From Thermoplasmataceae archaeon (GTDB lineage: Archaea; Thermoplasmatota; Thermoplasmata; Thermoplasmatales; Thermoplasmataceae), in NCBI GenBank assembly GCA_031961165.1, contig JAVRLU010000001.1, positions 10,636 through 74,635 on the forward strand: 64,000 bases of DNA, given 5' to 3'. Made by a program: the position numbers and the translations under genes. The notes below the pieces were generated by a model. That model was not told the origin of the DNA, ran no database searches, and was given only the letters and a program-made list of their open reading frames with translations. Below are positions 31,278-40,919 of the stretch, piece after piece; the first letter of the stretch is position 1; each line of letters begins with the position of its first letter.

Positions 31278-32441
31278 ATGAAACCTAGAATTTTGTTATA
31301 TACCGGCAAAGGCGGTGTTGGGAAAACATCCATAGCAACTGCTACCGCAGCCTTTCTTGCAAAGAATGGCCATAAGACCCTGATAATATCCACGGATCCG
31401 GCACACAGTCTGGGAGACGCCCTAGGAATGGAGATAGGGCACACCATAAAGCAGATCGGCGATAATCTGTACGGGCAGGAGGTAAGTGTTGTAGAATCCA
31501 TAAACGAGCACTGGGGTGAACTTAAGGAGTACCTTAAGTCGCTTTTCCTCTCCCAGGGCCTCGATCCCGTTTCTGCAGATGAAATAGCGACGCTCCCGGG
31601 TTTTGAGGAGGCTTCTGAACTGCTGTATCTCAGAAGTTATTATTATGACGAGGAATACGACGCCATAGTCATGGACAGTGCCCCTACGGGTGCAGCCCTC
31701 CAGTTGCTTTCTTTTCCAGAGGTAATGACGTGGTACATGGACAAGCTGTTTCCCATAAGCAGGAAAACTGCCAAGATAGCAAGGCCTTTAATGAAGCCGT
31801 TCATGAATATACCGCTGCCCGATGATGAAGTGTTTGAAAATATTGATCTTTTATACAAGGAGCTCAGCGATATTCGAAAGATACTGACAAACGGAGATGT
31901 TACATCGATCAGGCTTGTTACGAATCCGGATAACATGTCTTTCAGCGAGACAAAGCGCGCTTATACGTATCTTCTTCTGTACGGCTATCCTGTTGACACG
32001 GCGATCATTAACAAGATACTTTCAAAGGATACGGGCGGCTTCTTTGACAAACTAAGGGATTCACAGAGTGAAATCATCCAGGAGATGGAAAGCGCTTTTA
32101 TCGATCTCAAGATATTCAAGTGTGATCTCCTCCAGGAGGAGCCAATCGGCCTGAAGAAACTCGAGGAATTAGGAAAACGTATCTACGGTGATGAAGATCC
32201 TTATAAAGCATTCAATAAAGGAATTCCGATAAAATACCTGAAATCCGGCGATAAATATATACTTAAGATAAAAATGCCCTTTGCGTCCAAGGAAAAGGTG
32301 AATCTCTTCAATCACGGCGGGGAGCTGACAATCGAGATATCTAACTGGAAACGCGTCTTTTACCTGCCGGAATCCATATCTGATAAACGGCCAACATCGG
32401 CGGAATATTCAAATGGATACCTGAACGTAGTTCTGGAGTGA
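31278..32441 (+). CDS. ArsA/Get3-family ATPase with C-terminal Hsp20/alpha-crystallin-like domain
   Basis: Has the deviant Walker A GKGGVGKTS and DPAHSL. The C-terminal DKYILKIKMPFASKEKVNLFNHGGELTIEISNWKRVFYLPESI...AEYSNGYLNVVLE fits an ACD pattern. I prefer ATG at 31278 over GTG at 31269. Confidence 0.82.
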   Translation: MKPRILLYTGKGGVGKTSIATATAAFLAKNGHKTLIISTDPAHSLGDALGMEIGHTIKQIGDNLYGQEVSVVESINEHWGELKEYLKSLFLSQGLDPVSADEIATLPGFEEASELLYLRSYYYDEEYDAIVMDSAPTGAALQLLSFPEVMTWYMDKLFPISRKTAKIARPLMKPFMNIPLPDDEVFENIDLLYKELSDIRKILTNGDVTSIRLVTNPDNMSFSETKRAYTYLLLYGYPVDTAIINKILSKDTGGFFDKLRDSQSEIIQEMESAFIDLKIFKCDLLQEEPIGLKKLEELGKRIYGDEDPYKAFNKGIPIKYLKSGDKYILKIKMPFASKEKVNLFNHGGELTIEISNWKRVFYLPESISDKRPTSAEYSNGYLNVVLE

Positions 32442-32447
32442 TGCAAA

Positions 32448-32636
32448 ATGGCAAAGAAAGATTTTGACATAAAGATTGAAATCAACATCCCAAAAAAGGA
32501 ATACGAAATGCTGAGGCGGTTTTATTATTTCAGCCTTCTCCCCCTGAATTTTATCCGTTTTGTAAACGAATTTAATTCTGAACAGAAGAAACCGGAAAGC
32601 GATAAGGACAAATTTAAAAAAATAAATATAAAATAA
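32448..32636 (+). CDS. Small hypothetical protein (62 aa), co-oriented 6 nt after the arsA-like stop
   Basis: The tight spacing suggests co-transcription. It is a Lys-rich protein with no recognisable motif. Confidence 0.35.
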   Translation: MAKKDFDIKIEINIPKKEYEMLRRFYYFSLLPLNFIRFVNEFNSEQKKPESDKDKFKKINIK

Positions 32637-32714
32637 CTGAAGCCCTAATCAGGGAATACAACATTTTATCATATTTGTGAATATTATTATAATATTAATA
32701 TATCTGTTTGATCT

Positions 32715-34262
32715 ATGGCCTTTATGAAATCTGGAACTAACATGGATCTATTTTCTGGTCTCGGCTTAGAATACTCGAACTCCGGTGTTTTTGACGGGGA
32801 ATGGAAGAAACCAGAGGGATCATTTATCAAGGTGTTCAGCCCCATAGATGGGAGCCAGGTAGCTGAGGTTTCGGCAATAACAAAGAATCAGTATGAAACT
32901 TTAATAAAGGAAGCAATTGACGCATTTAAAAAATGGAGGATGGTACCAGCACCGAAGAGGGGCCTGATAATAAGGGAAATAGGCGATGAACTGAGGAAAG
33001 AAAAAAAGAAGCTCGGCCAGATCGTTACAATTGAAACCGGGAAGACGCCCACAGAGGGTGAAGGCGAGATACAGGAAATGATCGACGTATCAGATCTTGC
33101 CGTTGGGCTGTCAAGGCAGATTTACGGCCTGACAATTGCCAGTGAAAGGCCATACCACAGGATGTACGAGCAGTGGATACCCCTCGGGCCGGTAGCTGTC
33201 ATAACCTCATTCAATTTCCCGGCGTCCGTATGGTCATGGAATTCTTTCATTGCTGCCGTTACCGGCGATGTCGTTATATGGAAGCCCTCATCAAAGGCAG
33301 TGCTGACTGCAGTTGCGGTCATGAAGGTAATCGATCGCGTTTTAAAGAGAAACGATATGCCGAACATATTCTTCCTCATGTCCGGAAACGGCGGAGAGAT
33401 CGGTGAATTGATTTCAAACGATCCCAGAATACCGCTGGTTTCATTCACAGGATCAATACCGGTCGGAAAGAGGATATCTGAAAATGTGGGAAAGAGGCTG
33501 GGAAAAACAATACTCGAACTTGGCGGTAACAACGGCGCCATAGTTTCGGACAGGTGTGACATGGACATAGCGCTTCGCGGTGTTGTATTCGGATCACTTG
33601 CAACTGCAGGGCAGAGATGCACAACGACAAGGCGGGTAATCGTAAGCGAAAAGATATACGATGAGTTCCTTCAGAAGCTTGTGCATGCGTATTCTACAAT
33701 CAAGGTCGGGGACCCGAGGGATCCCGGTGTCCTTGTCGGGCCGCTTATAGACGATGATGCTGTCAAAACCTTCGAAAAGGCCGTTGAAACAGCAGTAAAG
33801 CAGGGCGGCAAGGTTGTATACGGAGGCCGGAGGACAAAGGTTGAGGGCCATGAGGCCGGGCATTATGTAATGCCAACGATCATAGAGGCAAATCCTGATA
33901 TGGAAATTGTGAAGGAGGAAACATTTGCTCCCATAATATACGTGATGAAGTACAGAACCATCGAGGAGGCACTTGAAATACACAACAATGTTCCGCAGGG
34001 CCTTTCTTCGTCGATATTTACGACGGATCTCAGGGAGGAGGAGGCTTTTCTTTCCCCGTACGGATCCGACTGTGGCCTTGCAAATGTTAATACCAGCACT
34101 GCGGGTGCAGAGATAGGCGGAGCATTCGGCGGAGAAAAGGAAACCGGAGGCGGAAGGGAAAGCGGGAGTGATGCATGGAAGGCCTACATGAGGAGGCAGA
34201 CTGTTACCAAGAACTGGGGGCAAACTCTGCCACTGGCGCAGGATGTTGTCTTCGATTTCTGA
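32715..34262 (+). CDS. Aldehyde dehydrogenase, ALDH7 (alpha-aminoadipic/piperideine-6-carboxylate semialdehyde dehydrogenase)-like
   Basis: EGEGEIQEMIDVSDLAVGLSR resembles the ALDH7 GEVQEYVD..DYAVGLSR. Also present are ELGGNN and the catalytic Cys in GQRCTTTRR. Confidence 0.85.
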   Translation: MAFMKSGTNMDLFSGLGLEYSNSGVFDGEWKKPEGSFIKVFSPIDGSQVAEVSAITKNQYETLIKEAIDAFKKWRMVPAPKRGLIIREIGDELRKEKKKLGQIVTIETGKTPTEGEGEIQEMIDVSDLAVGLSRQIYGLTIASERPYHRMYEQWIPLGPVAVITSFNFPASVWSWNSFIAAVTGDVVIWKPSSKAVLTAVAVMKVIDRVLKRNDMPNIFFLMSGNGGEIGELISNDPRIPLVSFTGSIPVGKRISENVGKRLGKTILELGGNNGAIVSDRCDMDIALRGVVFGSLATAGQRCTTTRRVIVSEKIYDEFLQKLVHAYSTIKVGDPRDPGVLVGPLIDDDAVKTFEKAVETAVKQGGKVVYGGRRTKVEGHEAGHYVMPTIIEANPDMEIVKEETFAPIIYVMKYRTIEEALEIHNNVPQGLSSSIFTTDLREEEAFLSPYGSDCGLANVNTSTAGAEIGGAFGGEKETGGGRESGSDAWKAYMRRQTVTKNWGQTLPLAQDVVFDF

Positions 34263-34676
34263 AATCAAAATTTTTATAATTTTTTGTTCTTCAAATTTTA
34301 ATTTTGAAGGAATTTCGGCGCAAAATCTCATGATCGATAGGTACTTTCCGGGTTTTATTTCGTTTTCTATGTTTCCGGTAATGCACCAACCGGTTTCAAA
34401 TCGCAAATCTCCACGTTCGTCATCCCTTTTTTTCTAAGAATCTCAGGCTTTCTTCAAGGAAAACCCAATGTTAACGTTACGAAAGAGGATCACCGGTGAT
34501 CTACTGGAAATGGCTGATATTGCAATACTATACCTTAAAACGCTATGCCGGAAGTGATTATCGCATAACAAATCATGCGAAACTCAAGTTCAAATAAACT
34601 GCAGACGTCACAATACATCATCCCGGAATTTTTTAACAGTATCTATAAAGGAAGCTTTGTTTTTATAATTATCAGG

Positions 34677-35672
34677 TCATTTTTTTCCGGTGTACATATT
34701 GTATTGGATTATCGTATCCCCGGAATCCTTCTCATCCCTGGGTTCTTCATCTCCAGGCTTCCAGTAAGGTTCCCTGAGTGATACCGCCCTCCTGAAGAGA
34801 TTCTTAAGTTCAGCCTCATCTGATACGCCCCTGAACATTATATTCGTATCAGACCGCATCAGGCAGGTCTTGAATTCTCCTTTTGAAGTGATCCTTAGGC
34901 GTGTGCAGTTTGCACAGAAATCGGGATTGCGTTGCGGTTTTACAAATTCGATCTTTACCTTCCCGTGATCAGTCATAAGTGTGTACCTGGGCCTGTTATG
35001 AAGTGTGTTTCTCTCTTCGCCAATGGACCTGGCGCTTATCTCCTTCTCTATGCTGTCAAGGGGCATGTGATATCTCATGTACTCCTCCGTCTTCTCTCCC
35101 TCCCGGTCCGTTTCATATTCTATGAGCTGCAGTATTGCATTGTTTTCAGCTGCGATCTCAATCATTTTTGGAATATCATCAACGTTCAGGCCCTTCAACA
35201 CGACAAAATTTATCTTTACGGGAACAAGGCCCGCATCGTTAGCGGCCTTAACAGCATCTATTACCCTGTCCAGCATCCGTGTTCCCGTTATAGCATAGAA
35301 TCTTTCCCCGTCCGGGGAATGCATGGAGATATTAACCCTGTCGAGGCCGGCATTCTTTAATTCTGATGCAAGCTTCGGGATCATTGTACCATTTGTTGTC
35401 ATAGAAATATTTCCACTGATATGCTTTCTTATCCTTCTTACGATGTCAACTATATCCTTCCTTAGGGTTGGCTCCCCGCCAGTAAGTTTGACCTTGTTGA
35501 CGCCAAGGTCGTGGGCAACCTTAACGACCTTCTCTATCTCTTCAGCCGTTAATTCGCCTCCATTGATATCCGTCCCCTCCATGTGGCAGAAAAAACACTT
35601 GAAATTGCACGTTGTATTGACCTGTATCCTGAGGCTGAGTACCGGTCTCCCATAGCTATCGTAAATCGCCAT
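34677..35672 (-). CDS. moaA: GTP 3',8-cyclase MoaA (radical SAM, molybdenum cofactor biosynthesis)
   Basis: Contains CNFKCFFCH (CxxxCxxC), LTGGEPTLR and the C-terminal auxiliary cluster [18 protein letters not shown]. Confidence 0.88.
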   Translation of the reverse strand: MAIYDSYGRPVLSLRIQVNTTCNFKCFFCHMEGTDINGGELTAEEIEKVVKVAHDLGVNKVKLTGGEPTLRKDIVDIVRRIRKHISGNISMTTNGTMIPKLASELKNAGLDRVNISMHSPDGERFYAITGTRMLDRVIDAVKAANDAGLVPVKINFVVLKGLNVDDIPKMIEIAAENNAILQLIEYETDREGEKTEEYMRYHMPLDSIEKEISARSIGEERNTLHNRPRYTLMTDHGKVKIEFVKPQRNPDFCANCTRLRITSKGEFKTCLMRSDTNIMFRGVSDEAELKNLFRRAVSLREPYWKPGDEEPRDEKDSGDTIIQYNMYTGKK

Positions 35673-36202
35673 ATATAACCAATAATTCGATTAGAATTAT
35701 AAGCTTATTGTAACGGAAAGGCATGCTTTGTGATCCTCCATTTTTAAATACGATGCCATGATAACATCGAAGTGAGATTCCGGATGCATTGAATGAATGT
35801 TAAGAGAATCGATTCCGGTACTCATCCGGATTTCATGCTAAACCGATAATCCTGAAAACGAAACGGTTACCAGGAAGCTATGTGCAATTTTCCTGAAACC
35901 TGCATTACGTATCGGTTGTCATTGATTTTTTCATGTGATTTACGGGGGAAAGAGATCAATAATATCATCCATATGGGAAAAACTACGGATCTAATGGAAA
36001 GTTATGAAGATCCCGTACGGGATTTTCTTAACCCTGCCGGTGCATAGGAAAAAAGAAGGGATTCTTATTCAAGCCCAATCCTGGATTACTTCAGATGTTT
36101 AAATTCCCGGATTGTTAAGAAAAAGCTAAATAAGGATCAATATATTAGGGTTTAGCTTAGGAGACATGATATGATTCTCCAGATAGATAAAAGGTGAAAA
36201 TA

Positions 36203-37477
36203 ATGGCATCTCAAAAACCACATCTAAACTTGGTAACGATCGGACACGTAGATCACGGGAAATCAACTCTCGTGGGCAGGCTCCTCTTTGAGCACGGTGA
36301 GATTCCGGCGCATATAATTGAAGAGTATAAGAAGGAAGCTGAGCAGAAGGGAAAGGCAACCTTTGAGTTTGCGTGGGTTATGGATAGATTTAAAGAAGAG
36401 AGGGAAAGAGGTGTAACTATAGATCTTGCCCACAGGAAATTTGAGACGGACAAGTATTATTTTACGCTTATAGACGCTCCGGGACACAGGGACTTTGTTA
36501 AGAATATGATCACCGGTACAAGCCAGGCTGATGCTGCTATACTTGTTATATCAGCCCGTGAAGGAGAAGGTGTAATGGAGCAGACCAGGGAGCACGCATT
36601 CCTTGCCAGGACTCTTGGCGTTCCACAGCTTGTAGTTGCGATTAACAAAATGGATGCAACTGAGCCACCTTACAGCGAAAAGAGATACAATGAGGTCAAA
36701 TCTGATGCAGAAAAGCTTCTGAAGTCGATAGGATACAAGGATATTTCATTTGTGCCTATAAGTGGATATAAAGGCGACAATATAACAAAACCCAGTCCCA
36801 GCATGCCATGGTACAAGGGCCCGACACTGCTTCAGGCACTGGACGCTTTCAAGGTACCTGATAAGCCTACCACAAAGCCACTCCGCATTCCTGTTGAGGA
36901 TGTATATTCAATAACCGGAATAGGAACTGTTCCAGTTGGAAGGGTCGAAACTGGAGTGCTGAAGCCCGGGGATAAGGTGATATTCCTTCCGGCTGATAAG
37001 CAGGGAGATGTAAAATCAATAGAAATGCATCATGAAGCTATACCCCAGGCCGAGCCAGGAGACAACATCGGTTTTAATGTAAGGGGAATAGCCAAGAATG
37101 ATGTAAAGAGAGGGGATGTATGCGGGCATACCGACACTCCACCTACGGTCGTAAAGGGTTTCACAGCACAGCTGGTTGTACTTAACCACCCGAGCGTTAT
37201 TGCTCCGGGATACAAGCCTGTATTCCACGTGCATACAGCCCAGGTTGCGTGCAAGATAGAAGAAATCGTGAAAACAATAAATCCGAAGGATGGAACAACC
37301 CTGAAGGAAAAACCGGATTTCATCAAGACAGGAGATATCGCTATTGTAAAAGTAGTGCCTGACAAGCCGCTGGTAATAGAAAAAATATCTGAAATACCGC
37401 AACTCGGCCGGTTTGCGGTAAGGGATATGGGCCAGACGGTTGCAGCTGGCCAGTGCATTGATGTAGAAAAGAGGTAA
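36203..37477 (+). CDS. tuf: Translation elongation factor aEF-1 alpha
   Basis: Contains [17 protein letters not shown] and NKMD. AGGTGA lies 6-8 nt before ATG at 36203. Confidence 0.97.
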   Translation: MASQKPHLNLVTIGHVDHGKSTLVGRLLFEHGEIPAHIIEEYKKEAEQKGKATFEFAWVMDRFKEERERGVTIDLAHRKFETDKYYFTLIDAPGHRDFVKNMITGTSQADAAILVISAREGEGVMEQTREHAFLARTLGVPQLVVAINKMDATEPPYSEKRYNEVKSDAEKLLKSIGYKDISFVPISGYKGDNITKPSPSMPWYKGPTLLQALDAFKVPDKPTTKPLRIPVEDVYSITGIGTVPVGRVETGVLKPGDKVIFLPADKQGDVKSIEMHHEAIPQAEPGDNIGFNVRGIAKNDVKRGDVCGHTDTPPTVVKGFTAQLVVLNHPSVIAPGYKPVFHVHTAQVACKIEEIVKTINPKDGTTLKEKPDFIKTGDIAIVKVVPDKPLVIEKISEIPQLGRFAVRDMGQTVAAGQCIDVEKR

Positions 37478-37481
37478 TCCC

Positions 37482-37796
37482 ATGGCATCTTACAAAGCAA
37501 GAATTTCATTGAGTGGCACTGAACACAAAGTTGTTGACATGGTATGCGGTGAGATCAGGGAAATCGCAAGCAGGACCGGGGTTGAAATTCACGGTCCAAT
37601 GCCTCTTCCTACGAAGAAGCTTGTTGTGCCGGTCAGAAAGAGTCCTGATGGCGAGGGAACAAATACCTGGGATCACTGGGAAATGAGAATACACAAACGC
37701 CTGATCGATGTCGACGCTGATGAAAGAACATTAAGACAACTTATGAGAATACCGATTCCAGATGGAGTCCAGATAGAAATACAGATAAAGAGTTAA
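37482..37796 (+). CDS. rps10: 30S ribosomal protein uS10
   Basis: The 104-aa product has the pattern ARI.L.G......D.VC..I; GP.PLPT; ...WE.R.HKRLID. It starts 4 nt after the tuf stop. Confidence 0.93.
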   Translation: MASYKARISLSGTEHKVVDMVCGEIREIASRTGVEIHGPMPLPTKKLVVPVRKSPDGEGTNTWDHWEMRIHKRLIDVDADERTLRQLMRIPIPDGVQIEIQIKS

Positions 37797-37835
37797 TTTT
37801 TTTATTTTTAATATTTAAAAATATGGTGTTTATTT

Positions 37836-40034
37836 ATGGGAAGAAAAGAAGATAATATAGAGAAAGCGTTAAAGATTGTTGAGCATACCGAAATGATCAG
37901 AAATATCGGTATTGTGGCTCATATTGATCATGGTAAGACAACGCTGAGTGATAATCTTATAGCCGGCGCAGGCATGATGAGCGAAGATCTTGCGGGAAAA
38001 CAGCTGGTCCTGGATTACGATGAACAGGAACAGGCAAGGGGAATTACAATAAATGCAGCTGTTGCATCAATGGTCCATTCTTTCCAGGGAAAAGACTATC
38101 TGATTAACCTGATAGATACCCCCGGCCATGTTGACTTCGGAGGCGATGTTACAAGGGCTATGAGGGCTGTTGACGGAGTGGTTGTTGTTGTTGATGCAGT
38201 AGAAGGTGTTATGCCGCAGACAGAAACAGTCATAAGGCAGGCACTGAGGGAACACGTAAAGCCGGTTCTGTTCATAAATAAGGTTGACAGGCTCATAAAC
38301 GAGCTCCGCCTTAATAGCGATGAAATGCAGAAAAAATTCACGAAAATTATATCAGACGTCAACAGGCTTATTGTCAAATACGCCCCCAAGGAATTTACCA
38401 AGGACTGGCAGGTGTCGGTCCAGGACGGGCGCGTTGCTTTTGGATCTGCATATAATAACTGGGCCATTTCTGTGCCATCCATGGCAGAAACCAAGATAAC
38501 TTTCAAGGATATTGTTGATTATGTCAAGGCAGGGAAGCAGAAGGAACTTGCCCAGAAAAATCAGCTTCATAAAATAATACTCAACATGGTCATAAGACAC
38601 CTTCCGGATCCAAAGACTGCACAGGCTTACAGGATTCAGTCCATATGGAAAGGTGATATAAATTCTGAGGTCGGAAAAGCAATGATGACCTGCGACTATA
38701 AGGGCCCTGTAAGCATGATGATAACAAAAATAATAATTGATCCGCATGCAGGGGAAATAGCAATTGGAAGGCTTTTCAGCGGAACGGTCAGGAAAGGCAC
38801 CGACCTTTACATAGTGAATGGCGGAAAGGCAAAGGTCCAGACTCTGGCTATGATGGTTGGCGCTGACCGTATACCGGTTGAGGAGGTAACGGCAGGAAAC
38901 ATAGCCGCAATGGTTGGGCTTAAAAGTGCAATTGCGGGAGCTACAGTATCTTCTGTCGAAAACATGGAACCATTCGAACCCATGATACATTATTCGGATC
39001 CTGTGGTGACTCTTGCAATAGAGGCAAAGCACACCGCAGATCTTCCCAGGCTCATAGATGTGCTCCGTGACATATCCAAAGCGGATCCGTCGATCGAAGT
39101 CGATATAAACCAGGAAACCGGGGAGCATCTTATATCGGGTATGGGTGAGCTGCACCTTGATGTCACGCTGTACAGGATAAAGAATGATTATAAAGTGGAA
39201 GTTGAAACATCCGAACCAATTGTCGTTTACAGGGAAACTGTTGAAAAGAAAGGCGGTCCTTTTGAAGGAAAATCACCGAACAAGCATAACAGATTCTACT
39301 TTGAAGTTGAACCTTTGAAACCGGAAATAATACAGGCAATTGAGGATGGCGATATTCCACAGGGTTCAAAATTCAAGGATAAGAAGGCTCTAGTTGAGCT
39401 GCTCGTAGGAAAGGGCATGGACAGGGACGAGGCGAAGGGCCTTGTATGCGTTGACGGCACAAACATGATGTTTGACGTAACAAAGGGAATACAGTACCTT
39501 GACGAGACAATGGAACTCCTGATAGAGGCTTTTACAGAGGTAATGGCAAGGGGTCCTCTTGCCAATGAAAAGGTGTACGGCGTCAAGGCAAGGCTCGTTG
39601 ATGCAAAACTCCACGAGGACAGTATACACAGGGGCCCGGCCCAGGTAATACCCGCAGGCAGGAACTCATTATACGGCGCAATGTGCGAAGCAAAGCGTGT
39701 ACTGCTGGAACCAATACAGCGCGTATTCATATCTGTTCCCCAGGAGGAAATGGGCGCCGCTATAAACGAGGTACAGCAGAGGCGTGGAATAATAGAGGAT
39801 ATGAAGCAGGAAGGGGAAGAAGTTACAGTCATATCCAGAATACCAGTGTCCGGAATGTTTGGTTTCGCATCTGCAATAAGAAGCGCCACCGGTGGAAAAG
39901 TCCTCTGGAGCTTCGAAAACGCGGGATACCAGAGAGTTCCGCCCGATCTTCTTGATGGTGTTGTGAAATCAATAAGGGAAAGAAAGGGATTAAGGCCAGA
40001 GCCTTACGACGTGGATTATTATTCGTCTCTCTGA
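37836..40034 (+). CDS. fusA: Translation elongation factor aEF-2
   Basis: Contains AHIDHGKTT, DTPGHVDF, NKVDR and the diphthamide-site HEDSIHRGPAQ. Length is 732 aa. Confidence 0.97.
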   Translation: MGRKEDNIEKALKIVEHTEMIRNIGIVAHIDHGKTTLSDNLIAGAGMMSEDLAGKQLVLDYDEQEQARGITINAAVASMVHSFQGKDYLINLIDTPGHVDFGGDVTRAMRAVDGVVVVVDAVEGVMPQTETVIRQALREHVKPVLFINKVDRLINELRLNSDEMQKKFTKIISDVNRLIVKYAPKEFTKDWQVSVQDGRVAFGSAYNNWAISVPSMAETKITFKDIVDYVKAGKQKELAQKNQLHKIILNMVIRHLPDPKTAQAYRIQSIWKGDINSEVGKAMMTCDYKGPVSMMITKIIIDPHAGEIAIGRLFSGTVRKGTDLYIVNGGKAKVQTLAMMVGADRIPVEEVTAGNIAAMVGLKSAIAGATVSSVENMEPFEPMIHYSDPVVTLAIEAKHTADLPRLIDVLRDISKADPSIEVDINQETGEHLISGMGELHLDVTLYRIKNDYKVEVETSEPIVVYRETVEKKGGPFEGKSPNKHNRFYFEVEPLKPEIIQAIEDGDIPQGSKFKDKKALVELLVGKGMDRDEAKGLVCVDGTNMMFDVTKGIQYLDETMELLIEAFTEVMARGPLANEKVYGVKARLVDAKLHEDSIHRGPAQVIPAGRNSLYGAMCEAKRVLLEPIQRVFISVPQEEMGAAINEVQQRRGIIEDMKQEGEEVTVISRIPVSGMFGFASAIRSATGGKVLWSFENAGYQRVPPDLLDGVVKSIRERKGLRPEPYDVDYYSSL

Positions 40035-40293
40035 TCCCTTAAAATTTATTTTTAACCTTTTAATTATTTTCAGTTTTTTAATTGTAATTCATATCCGCAT
40101 TTCCGTCTATGCCATAGTCCGAGATCCGGATTTTCGTAATTTGATCTTGATTGCCTGATTCCTGGCTATCCGGGCGCATTGTTATTAATGCCGTATAACT
40201 TTTTAAACTCGTTGATCAATGCCTTTTTCCAGCATATTTTACATTTTTGTTTGTTTTAGAAACGGTCTTCTAGTATCCTGTTTATGTAAATGC

Positions 40294-40668
40294 ATGATCG
40301 GGCATCTTGAGGTATTTCAGACACCTAAAATTGACGAGGACCGTTTGAAGGATCTGCTCAAAAAATACTATTCATCGCATTTCCTGATATCAGACGGGAT
40401 AATGATTGATTTCAGGGGGTGGAATTTCAATGCGAAAATACAGAGGATACTTACCGTGTACCAGCTAAAGAGGATACTCATGGAAGCCGACGACATGCCG
40501 TTCATAATATCTGCAGCAGCTGAAATTGTCAATTCATGGCCTGTGAAGGATATAGTGTCCCTGAGCGAAATAATGCAGATCAGAAGCTATTACCGTGGCT
40601 GTGACATCTATTTTAATGTCGTTGGCAGCTACAATTTCTATAATTTCATGCTCAGGCCGGTGAGATAG
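40294..40668 (+). CDS. Hypothetical protein, first gene of the PolB2-type operon
   Basis: The ORF is open from 40219, but the first 25 codons are Cys/Phe-rich and junk-like, so I prefer ATG at 40294. Its TAG stop abuts the next ATG. I recognise no motif. Confidence 0.45.
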   Translation: MIGHLEVFQTPKIDEDRLKDLLKKYYSSHFLISDGIMIDFRGWNFNAKIQRILTVYQLKRILMEADDMPFIISAAAEIVNSWPVKDIVSLSEIMQIRSYYRGCDIYFNVVGSYNFYNFMLRPVR

Positions 40669-40908
40669 ATGGGCAGAAGCACACCAAGCGCAAGGCAAAG
40701 CATAGATTCGCTCGTTTCGGAAATCGAGGAAATGAAGAGGATAATGAGAAAAGGCGATTCCTCTATTGTTGATGATATAATAAGATATGGAAAGACCAAT
40801 TCTGCCAGCGTAACCTATTCAACCATAGACCCTGACATAGGGTTCATTATATCCGTACTGGTTGAGGTGGTCAAACGTATATCAATGCTGGAGGAACAGA
40901 TAAAATAA
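40669..40908 (+). CDS. Hypothetical 79-aa protein, second gene of the PolB2-type operon
   Basis: The start ATG immediately follows the upstream TAG (tagATG). The gene ends 11 nt before the polymerase start. Both ends look predicted-helical. Confidence 0.45.
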   Translation: MGRSTPSARQSIDSLVSEIEEMKRIMRKGDSSIVDDIIRYGKTNSASVTYSTIDPDIGFIISVLVEVVKRISMLEEQIK

Positions 40909-40919
40909 CACTTTATTCC

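Noticed and set aside
33594-34406. 270-aa minus-strand ORF antisense to the 3' end of the ALDH gene, extending 144 nt beyond it
   Set aside because: Its translation is Cys/Arg/Leu-rich and junk-like with no motifs. It mirrors the codon structure of the well-supported ALDH gene, so I treat it as a shadow ORF.
35880-36047. 55-aa + strand ORF (MCNFPETCITYRLSLIFSCDLRGKEINNIIHMGKTTDLMESYEDPVRDFLNPAGA) in the moaA/tuf divergent spacer
   Set aside because: It has no motif and no ribosome-binding or promoter context that I can support. It is likely chance within a 530-bp regulatory spacer.
38352-39889. Long antisense ORFs inside fusA (267 aa at 38352..39155 and 197 aa at 39296..39889), and similar ones inside tuf (37016..37509), vat (53206..54854), folC, leuS and the radical SAM gene
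   Set aside because: All lie opposite strongly supported housekeeping genes and have low-complexity, Ser/Cys/Phe-rich translations. They are typical shadow ORFs of moderately GC-rich coding DNA.
40219-40293. 25-codon N-terminal extension of the first PolB2-operon ORF (MPFSSIFYIFVCFRNGLLVSCLCKC)
   Set aside because: The composition looks non-coding, so I prefer the internal ATG at 40294. A short TM or signal segment cannot be excluded.
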